DNA of 32,000 nt, from assembly GCA_015256915.3 (NCBI GenBank), contig CP076101.2:300001-332000 (forward strand). The letters run 5' to 3'. The notes below the pieces were generated by a model, which saw only the letters and a program-made list of their open reading frames with translations, searched no databases and had not been told where the DNA came from. The position numbers and the translations under genes are program-made. Origin of the DNA: Candidatus Saccharimonas sp. (GTDB lineage Bacteria; Patescibacteriota; Saccharimonadia; Saccharimonadales; Saccharimonadaceae). This document shows, piece by piece, positions 24,628 through 31,409 of this stretch (the stretch's first letter is position 1; every line of letters begins with the position of its first letter).

Positions 24628-25211
24628 TACTTAGTCTCCTTTTTAGCTTTTGGTGCATTTAACCACTGTTCTTTAGGAACAAGGCTCTTCAAAGCATCTA
24701 TAGTTGCGTAAGCAATATTAACTTTATTTGTTGAGCCAAGTGATTTCGAAAGCATGTTTCGGATTCCTGTTACACCAATAATTTGTCGAACAACACCACC
24801 AGCGATAATACCAGTACCAGGAGCTGCAGGTTTCAAAAGAACGTGAGCACCAGTTACTTTTTTCTCAGCTTCGTGTGGAATTGTATCGCCTTCAAGCGCG
24901 ATTTCAATCATATTTTTCTTTGCAACATTTGTTGCTTTAGCGATAGCTGCAGTAACATCTTGACCTTTAGCTACACCAACGCCAACTTTGTTTTTGCGGT
25001 CACCTACAACAACAAGGGCTTTAAAGCGGAAGCGTCGTCCACCTTTAACGACACGAGAAACGCGGTCAATGTTAATTACTAATTCTTCGAATTGTTTTTC
25101 TTCGCGTTCTTGGCGTCGATTAGTATTTCGGCGGTCATTTTTTCGACCATTTCGACCGTTGTTTCGGTCGTTATTTCGGCGTGGAGCCTGAGTTTTTTGA
25201 GCTTCAGCCAT
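24627..25211 (-). CDS. rpsE: 30S ribosomal protein S5 (uS5) with an Arg/Asn-rich N-terminal extension
   Basis: 194 aa with conserved blocks VSRVVKGGRRFRFKALVVVGD and GTGIIAGGVVR. Confidence 0.95.
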   Translation of the reverse strand: MAEAQKTQAPRRNNDRNNGRNGRKNDRRNTNRRQEREEKQFEELVINIDRVSRVVKGGRRFRFKALVVVGDRKNKVGVGVAKGQDVTAAIAKATNVAKKNMIEIALEGDTIPHEAEKKVTGAHVLLKPAAPGTGIIAGGVVRQIIGVTGIRNMLSKSLGSTNKVNIAYATIDALKSLVPKEQWLNAPKAKKETK

Positions 25212-25213
25212 AT

Positions 25214-25570
25214 TTAGAACTCCAATCCTTCCTTACGAGCAGCATCTGCCAATGCGTGCAAACGACCCGCATATTGACGACCATTTCGGTCAAATACTAC
25301 TGTATTAATTTTAGCTTTTTTAGCTTTTTTGGCAATTTCTGCACCAATTTTAGCAGCAAGTTCAGTTTTTGTTCCTTTAGCTTTTGAACCAACAGTTGTT
25401 GCTGAAACAAGAGTTTTTTGCGCAACATCGTCAATAATTTGAGCTGAAACATGCAAATTACTAATAGTTACAGTTAATCGTGGGCGTTCAGCAGTTCCTG
25501 AAATTTTTGCTCGAACGCGACCTTTTCGCAAAGCTAAGTTTTGCTTCTTAAGTGCTAATGCTTTAGACAT
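25214..25570 (-). CDS. rplR: 50S ribosomal protein L18 (uL18)
   Basis: 118 aa with RPRLTVTISNLHVSAQIID...FDRNGRQYAGRLHALADAARKEGLEF. Confidence 0.95.
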   Translation of the reverse strand: MSKALALKKQNLALRKGRVRAKISGTAERPRLTVTISNLHVSAQIIDDVAQKTLVSATTVGSKAKGTKTELAAKIGAEIAKKAKKAKINTVVFDRNGRQYAGRLHALADAARKEGLEF

Positions 25571-26106
25571 TATTTACCTGCCTTTCCCGCTTTTCGCAAG
25601 ATAACTTCATCAACATATTTGATACCTTTACCTTTATACGGTTCAGGTTTTTTCAATGCGCGGATTTCTGCCGCAGCTTGACCAACAGCTTGTTTGTCGA
25701 TTCCTGCAACTGTAATAACCATTTTATCGTTAGAAAGAGTGATTCCTTCTTTTGCTTTATAAATTACAGGGTGTGAGAAACCGAGTTGCATTTCAAGCTC
25801 TTGTGGATTGTTAGTTTGAACACGGAAACCAACTCCGTTAACTTCTAATTTCTTTTCGAAGCCTTTTGTTACGCCAACTACAGCGTTATTCAAAAGAGCT
25901 CGTTGCAAGCCGTGTTGTGCTCGCGCTACTCGTTCGTCATTTTTTCGAACAACCTTCAAAGTTGTGCCGTCAAGTTCGACAGTTACATCTGACAAATGAG
26001 GCACAGTTAGTTCGCCTTTAGCGCCTTTAACTGAAATCTCGTTCTCGTCAATCGTGATTGTCACACCAGCCGGAACCTCAATAGGTAGTTTTCCGATTCG
26101 ACTCAT
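25570..26106 (-). CDS. rplF: 50S ribosomal protein L6 (uL6)
   Basis: I place the true start at the ATG at 26106 (MSRIGKLPIEVPAGV..., a conserved L6 N-terminus) after GAAAGGAAAAG. The track's 205-aa version reads through the leader. Confidence 0.95.
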   Translation of the reverse strand: MSRIGKLPIEVPAGVTITIDENEISVKGAKGELTVPHLSDVTVELDGTTLKVVRKNDERVARAQHGLQRALLNNAVVGVTKGFEKKLEVNGVGFRVQTNNPQELEMQLGFSHPVIYKAKEGITLSNDKMVITVAGIDKQAVGQAAAEIRALKKPEPYKGKGIKYVDEVILRKAGKAGK

Positions 26107-26217
26107 TGAACTTTTCCTTTCATTTAAAGAGTGTTTGTTTGCTTCGTGCTGGTCATCTCTTTCGAAATGAGGCGCAAAATCTCCCAAATTTCACTCGCAT
26201 TTAATATTAACCTTGTA

Positions 26218-26246
26218 ATTTTATCATAATTATTATTATTTTTCAA
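26218..26246 (-). promoter_or_regulatory. Consensus sigma70-like promoter heading the rplF-rplR-rpsE-rplO operon
   Basis: The minus strand reads TTGAAA - 17 nt - TAAAAT, with TG at the extended -10 position. It is followed by a leader of about 105 nt. Confidence 0.55.
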
Positions 26247-26329
26247 GCTTTTTCAGCCTTTTTGTTTAAAATATATTTCAAAATAAGTTTTTCATAAAAT
26301 TTATATTGGCTTAAATAATAAAATAATAG

Positions 26330-28087
26330 TTACATTTTAAGCTTTAAAATTCGTATAAAAGTTTTAAAAATTGATTCTTTCGAACGGTCTTCTTTCTCAA
26401 TTTCGTTAATCATTTCAAGCTCATCAGAAATTATTCCATCGATTGGCTCCTGTAGATATTTTGAAATTTCACTTCTAGTATTTAATGTCCAAACAAAAAT
26501 TTTTCGGTGTTTTTTATGAGCTTTTAAAGCCAAATACCGCCGATAGGAGAAATCTTCAATTACATAAAAATCAATTTTAGAATCATCAAAATCCCCAAAT
26601 TGCAAAGGAATCACAAAACCAGTTTCAATTTCTGGTGCGATTTTTTCAATTTTTCGCATTAAATTCAAATCAAGCGACATTGTTTTAAATTTTCGCTCCA
26701 CGCCAAGTTTTCGAAATTTATTCACGAACATTTCAGCAAAATTTTCTGGTTCATCACCACTAGGTTTTAATTCAACCAAAAGCTTAATTTTTAATTTTTC
26801 TGCTTGTTTTACATATTCCTCAAAAGTTGGAATTCTACTTTCGAAACCATTTTCAGAAATAGTTAATTTTCTAATTTCATTCAAATTCAAATCTCGAACG
26901 CGTGCGTCTCGACCTGTTAATCGACGCAAATTATAGTCATGAACAACCACAAAATGATCATCTCGCGTTAACTGAATGTCCATTTCCACATAATCTGCAC
27001 CTTTTTTCTTGGCCGATTCAAGCGCCTCAAGCGAATTTTCAACCCCGCCATGAACATCACCACGATGCGCAATTTTAAGAATTTTCGTATCAATTTTACT
27101 ATAATAAATCTGAATTCCATTAATTGCTGTTGAACCAACCAAAAATAAAATCATCAAAAGCATAAGAATACTTGATCGTTTTCTTTTTTCTTTTTTGCTT
27201 TCAATAGTTTTCGATTTTTGAGGTTCAATATTATCTAGCAAAATAATTACAATTGAAATTTTCGTAAAAACCGAAAAAGCAAAAAATACCACATCAAACA
27301 TTGTTTGAAGAATTGTCTTCGAAAGTAAAAATCCCATAAAAGGTTTAAAAATTCCCAAAATCCCAGCAACAATAAGCATAAGCAGCAATCCTGCAAACAT
27401 AAAGATAATTTCGAAAATGCCAATTGGAATTAAAATTTGTGGCATCTTCTTTTTAGTGGCCTTCCAGCTTTCTTTAATACTTTTCGAAAGCGGCTCATCT
27501 TTCAAAATTGTACGTGGTAAAGTAAAAATTAAGCGATAATTTATATAAAAAATTGTGAAAATTAAAACAAAATATAGCAAAGTTCCTGTTAGTGTTTTAG
27601 AAATTTCACCCGTAATAAATGCAGGAATTCGAAGTCGTTCAGTGATTGTACTCGAAAGCCCAAGATTTTCAAGAGGCACCATCGAAATAAAATAAATTAT
27701 AAAAAAGAAGACTTGAAAACCTATTAAACCTTTTAATTTCATGAAAGATTTTGCTAAAGTGGTTTTTATCGAAAAAGCTGAGCCTTCTCTTCTGGAATTG
27801 ATAAAATTGATTAAAATAAAAAACTCCGCAAAGGTTAAAAATGCAACTAACAAAATATAAATTACACATAAAAACAAGCTCAACGGATTTGAAAAAATCA
27901 AATAAAAGTTGTCTTTGGTTATATTTTCTTGGTTCGAAAACAATAAAATTAGTTTAAAAACCCAAAAAAGTAAATTCACCCCAATCACCGACATCGCAAA
28001 ATGCAAAACTGAAGCGCCAATCAAAAGACCATATTTATTTTTATAGAAAAAATCCCAAGATTGTTTGAAGTTTTTTAGTAGTCTCAT
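26330..28087 (-). CDS. Membrane-bound glycerophosphodiester phosphodiesterase (multi-TM N-terminal domain + GDPD domain)
   Basis: The N-terminal 330 aa or so are polytopic. The C-terminal domain has the GDPD hallmarks IAHRGD...NSLEA...GADYVEMDIQLTRDDHFVVVHD. I prefer the ATG at 28087, because the TTG at 28102 abuts the -10 box. Confidence 0.85.
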   Translation of the reverse strand: MRLLKNFKQSWDFFYKNKYGLLIGASVLHFAMSVIGVNLLFWVFKLILLFSNQENITKDNFYLIFSNPLSLFLCVIYILLVAFLTFAEFFILINFINSRREGSAFSIKTTLAKSFMKLKGLIGFQVFFFIIYFISMVPLENLGLSSTITERLRIPAFITGEISKTLTGTLLYFVLIFTIFYINYRLIFTLPRTILKDEPLSKSIKESWKATKKKMPQILIPIGIFEIIFMFAGLLLMLIVAGILGIFKPFMGFLLSKTILQTMFDVVFFAFSVFTKISIVIILLDNIEPQKSKTIESKKEKRKRSSILMLLMILFLVGSTAINGIQIYYSKIDTKILKIAHRGDVHGGVENSLEALESAKKKGADYVEMDIQLTRDDHFVVVHDYNLRRLTGRDARVRDLNLNEIRKLTISENGFESRIPTFEEYVKQAEKLKIKLLVELKPSGDEPENFAEMFVNKFRKLGVERKFKTMSLDLNLMRKIEKIAPEIETGFVIPLQFGDFDDSKIDFYVIEDFSYRRYLALKAHKKHRKIFVWTLNTRSEISKYLQEPIDGIISDELEMINEIEKEDRSKESIFKTFIRILKLKM

Positions 28088-28102
28088 AATATTTATTTTC
28101 AA

Positions 28103-28111
28103 ATTTTACCA
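28103..28111 (-). promoter_or_regulatory. Extended -10 promoter (TGgTAAAAT), 15 nt upstream of the GDPD ATG (very short leader)
   Basis: The minus strand reads TGgTAAAAT-ttgaaaataaatatt-ATG with no Shine-Dalgarno sequence. Confidence 0.4.
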
Positions 28112-28159
28112 TATTTTATGATAAAAATAAAGCTTATTCTTGTCTCTAGCTTCTAAAAA

Positions 28160-28168
28160 TGTTACAAT
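28160..28168 (+). promoter_or_regulatory. Extended -10 promoter (TGtTACAAT) for the 28207 gene
   Basis: TGtTACAAT, followed by a leader containing GGAGG 10 nt before the ATG. Confidence 0.45.
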
Positions 28169-28206
28169 ATTATTATATTTAGTCCATATCGGAGGTACAT
28201 TTTTTT

Positions 28207-28905
28207 ATGCTTAAATTATTTAAGACTAATAATATCGAAGTTCTATATGATTCTAAGAGCGACGAGCTCAAAAAGAAAATCGTAGAACAAATCATGAATT
28301 TGCAAATTCTCACACGTGGGTCATATTCGCAAGAAGAATTTGATAGTAAGAAAGAGTGGTTTTTTATTCGAAAGAACAACGAAGTGACCACAGCGGTTGG
28401 GTTTAAATTTCTTAAAGAAATTCAAGCTGATAAAAAATCTATAAATGTTTACGCATTATCTGATTTCGTGAATGCTGCCACTACTGCACCTAAAGCTAAC
28501 AGCAATGAATTAACCGAGTTATTTTCAGAAGTTGTTAAATACGCTAAAAATAATTCGAAAATTGATTATTTAGTTTGTGCAATTCCACAAAAAATAAATG
28601 CTAGACCACTTGCAAGGGCTGGATTTAATGCTAAACTTTTTAAAAATAGTCATTTTTATTCTTCGGGCCTTATAAATGAATTGTCAAACCATATCATTCT
28701 CAATTCAGAAGAAAAACTTTCTAAAAGCGAAATCCTTACCAAGATCCGCTCAGAAGAGCAATCTCGCAGGATGCTCTTCAAGAAAACGCCAAAATCTTTA
28801 GCTAGAGAACTTCGAATCATTCATGAAAATAGGAAATTTATTGAAAAACATAAAGACCTGCATGCATACTATGGCTTAATCGCCGGTCTTAATGTTAAAA
28901 AATAA
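28207..28905 (+). CDS. Hypothetical protein (232 aa), possibly with a divergent GNAT-like core
   Basis: Good RBS (GGAGG) and its own terminator. The only weak resemblance is ...ARPLARAGFNA, which is like the GNAT C-terminal ...GF motif. No clear acetyl-CoA motif. Confidence 0.5.
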   Translation: MLKLFKTNNIEVLYDSKSDELKKKIVEQIMNLQILTRGSYSQEEFDSKKEWFFIRKNNEVTTAVGFKFLKEIQADKKSINVYALSDFVNAATTAPKANSNELTELFSEVVKYAKNNSKIDYLVCAIPQKINARPLARAGFNAKLFKNSHFYSSGLINELSNHIILNSEEKLSKSEILTKIRSEEQSRRMLFKKTPKSLARELRIIHENRKFIEKHKDLHAYYGLIAGLNVKK

Positions 28906-28913
28906 TTTTCATA

Positions 28914-28937
28914 CCCCTCATTTTGAGGGTTTTTTCT
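28914..28937 (+). terminator. Rho-independent terminator
   Basis: CCCTCA-ttt-TGAGGG followed by tttttct. Confidence 0.65.
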
Positions 28938-28949
28938 TGTTTAAAAAAC

Positions 28950-28958
28950 TGATATAAT
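28950..28958 (+). promoter_or_regulatory. Extended -10 promoter (TGaTATAAT), 7 nt upstream of the P-type ATPase ATG; leaderless candidate
   Basis: TGaTATAAT-ataaact-ATG with no Shine-Dalgarno sequence. Confidence 0.45.
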
Positions 28959-28965
28959 ATAAACT

Positions 28966-31296
28966 ATGAAACACATTCAAACAATCATTTTTCGAAACTT
29001 TATTTCCCCAATTTCAATTGCAATTTTTATTCTTGCGGGCGGGCTTTTGCTTGTTGGCGAGGTTCGTGATGCATGGTTTATTTCTTTTGTAATTTTAGTA
29101 AATTCCTTTATTGGCACAATTCAGGAGGTTCGTGCATATTTAACCCTTCGAAAAATTGAATTAATGAGTGCACCCAGAGCAATGGTTTTTCGTGATGGAA
29201 AGCTTGAAGAAATTTTATTCACCGAACTTCAAGATGGCGACAAGATTTTTCTAAAAACTGGCGACGAAATTCCAGCAGATGCAAAAATCACAAAGTCGAA
29301 CTCTTTTGAAGTTAACGAATCAATTCTGACAGGAGAAAGCGATGCGATTTCGAAAAATGTTGGCGATAAAATTCTTTCGAGTTCAATCGTAGTTTCGGGT
29401 GAAGCTGAAGCTGAGGTTTTAGCTGTTGGTGAAAATACCGAAGCCGGTCAAATGGCGGCAAAACTCAAAAACTACAAACCAAAACTCACACCAATTCAAC
29501 AAAAAATTTCGAAATTAATTTCAAGATTAAGCTGGTTTGCGCTCGCTCTAGCTATAGTGATTTGCGTGGTTTATTTCTTTATTTTTAAAGAAGATCCAAC
29601 TACGATTTTAAAAACTATAACTTCCGCTGCGGTTGTTGTTGTTCCTGAAGGTCTGTTGCTTGCGAGCTCGCTATTCTTCGCTTACGGTTCATTAAAATTA
29701 CTCCAAGCTAAAGTTCTGCCACAAAAAATTTCTGCAATCGAAGATATGGCTCTATTGGAGGTTCTTGCAACAGATAAAACCGGAACATTAACCTCCCCTG
29801 AAATTGAGTTTAATTCTTGCGAAGTTATCAATAAAAACTTTTCGAAAGAAGAAATTGCTCAAATTCTAAATACTTTAAACTCGGAATCTGCTGAGAAAAA
29901 TGCCACAGCTCAAGCTATTTTAAATGAATTTAAAGATAGTAAAAATCTTAAAATTATAGACTATATGGCTTTTTCGAGTTCGCGAAAACTATCTGGAATG
30001 ACTTTTCTTAACAATAGCAAAGAAGAATCTATCGTTTTCGGTGCTCCTGAATTTATTCTAAAAAACCTTTCAAAAGATAGTAAATCTGAAAGTATTTCGA
30101 AAAAAATCGACAATTTAGCGTCTCAGGGCTTGCGAGTTTTACTTCTAGCAAAATTTCAAAAATCTGGCAAAATTTCAAAACTTCTCGAAAGCGAAAAACT
30201 TGAGCCAATTGCAATAATTACACTTAAAAATACCCTGAGACCAAATGTTCAAGAAACCGTTAGTTTTTTGCAAAATCGTGGCGTTTCAATTCGTGTAATT
30301 TCCGGAGATAATCCACGAACTGTGAGTTTTATTGCTCTTGAGGCCGGAATTAAAAATGCTGAAAAATACATAACTGGCGCAGAACTTGCTAATCTTTCGA
30401 AAAAAGACTTCGAAAAGTCTGTTCTTGAAAATACAATTTTTGCACGAGTCTTGCCTGAACAAAAAGAGAAAATTATTGGTGTTTTTCAGAAAAACAAACT
30501 ATATACAGGAATGATTGGCGATGGTGTAAATGACGCTCTTGCGATTAAAAAATCAGATTTGGGAATTTCTATGTTTGATGGCGCTCCTGCAACTCGCCGT
30601 GTGGCAGATTTAGTTTTAATGGATAATTCTTTCACTTCTCTACCAAGTGGCGTGAAGGTTGGGAATAGAATTATGCTTTCGATTGAGATGATTGCGATTT
30701 TGTTCTTCCATAAAATTATTCTTGGTGTAACAATTCTTTTTGCAACAATGCTTGCCGGCGTCAATTACCCATTCCTACCACGTCATATTACTTATATGAA
30801 CTTTATTTTAGTGACAATGCCAACAGTTTTGACCACACTTTTTCCACCAATACCTAAAGCTAAAATTAACCCTAAGAACTTCTGGCGGGACACACTTTAT
30901 TCAATTGCACCAGTAGCAATTTTAAGTGGTTTAGCAATTTCATTTATTTATATTAGTTTATATTTTAAAGTTGATGGCAGTCTCGCAAGTAAGCACATAA
31001 TGCATGGAATTTTAGCAACCGTTGTAATTGTAACCGCTTGGTTCGGTGTTTTTGCAACAATCTTGAGCGAAATATTCCTTGGCTCAAAGCCCTCAAAAAA
31101 TAACAAAATTCGTAGAACAATATATATTATTGGAACTTTAATTTTCACTGGTGTAATTTTTAGCGCTCCGATCTTACGTGAATTTTTCGAATTTAACTTG
31201 CCAAACATTAGTCAATTCTGGTTTATTTGCTCAGTGATTATTCTTGTTTCAGTTATCCAGTTATTTATTGCTTCAAGCAGATCTAAAAATAAATAG
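28966..31296 (+). CDS. Cation-transporting P-type ATPase (P2-like; substrate not assignable)
   Basis: 776 aa. The motifs are TGES (LTGESDAISK), the phosphorylation site DKTGTLT, and the hinge GDGVNDALAIKKSDLG. TM segments flank these. Confidence 0.9.
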   Translation: MKHIQTIIFRNFISPISIAIFILAGGLLLVGEVRDAWFISFVILVNSFIGTIQEVRAYLTLRKIELMSAPRAMVFRDGKLEEILFTELQDGDKIFLKTGDEIPADAKITKSNSFEVNESILTGESDAISKNVGDKILSSSIVVSGEAEAEVLAVGENTEAGQMAAKLKNYKPKLTPIQQKISKLISRLSWFALALAIVICVVYFFIFKEDPTTILKTITSAAVVVVPEGLLLASSLFFAYGSLKLLQAKVLPQKISAIEDMALLEVLATDKTGTLTSPEIEFNSCEVINKNFSKEEIAQILNTLNSESAEKNATAQAILNEFKDSKNLKIIDYMAFSSSRKLSGMTFLNNSKEESIVFGAPEFILKNLSKDSKSESISKKIDNLASQGLRVLLLAKFQKSGKISKLLESEKLEPIAIITLKNTLRPNVQETVSFLQNRGVSIRVISGDNPRTVSFIALEAGIKNAEKYITGAELANLSKKDFEKSVLENTIFARVLPEQKEKIIGVFQKNKLYTGMIGDGVNDALAIKKSDLGISMFDGAPATRRVADLVLMDNSFTSLPSGVKVGNRIMLSIEMIAILFFHKIILGVTILFATMLAGVNYPFLPRHITYMNFILVTMPTVLTTLFPPIPKAKINPKNFWRDTLYSIAPVAILSGLAISFIYISLYFKVDGSLASKHIMHGILATVVIVTAWFGVFATILSEIFLGSKPSKNNKIRRTIYIIGTLIFTGVIFSAPILREFFEFNLPNISQFWFICSVIILVSVIQLFIASSRSKNK

Positions 31297-31320
31297 TCTC
31301 TCGGGAGGCTATTTTTATTA
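31295..31320 (+). terminator. Rho-independent terminator after the P-type ATPase
   Basis: AGTCTC-tcgg-GAGGCT followed by atttttatt. Confidence 0.55.
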
Positions 31321-31369
31321 TTTCGAAAAGCCAGCTATCACTAGTTCTTAGATTTTAAACAACTCTCTT

Positions 31370-31409
31370 TAGGAAGTAAAAATAAAATCAGGTCATTAAG
31401 CCTGATTTT
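31370..31409 (-). terminator. Rho-independent terminator after the TPR gene
   Basis: AAAATCAGG-cttaatga-CCTGATTTT followed by a T-rich tract on the minus strand. It overlaps the stop codon. Confidence 0.5.

Noticed and set aside
26330-28102. TTG at 28102 as the start of the GDPD gene, as in the ORF track.
   Set aside because: That TTG directly abuts the TAAAAT -10 box, so it would lie upstream of any transcript from that promoter. The ATG at 28087 is the first start downstream of the likely TSS.
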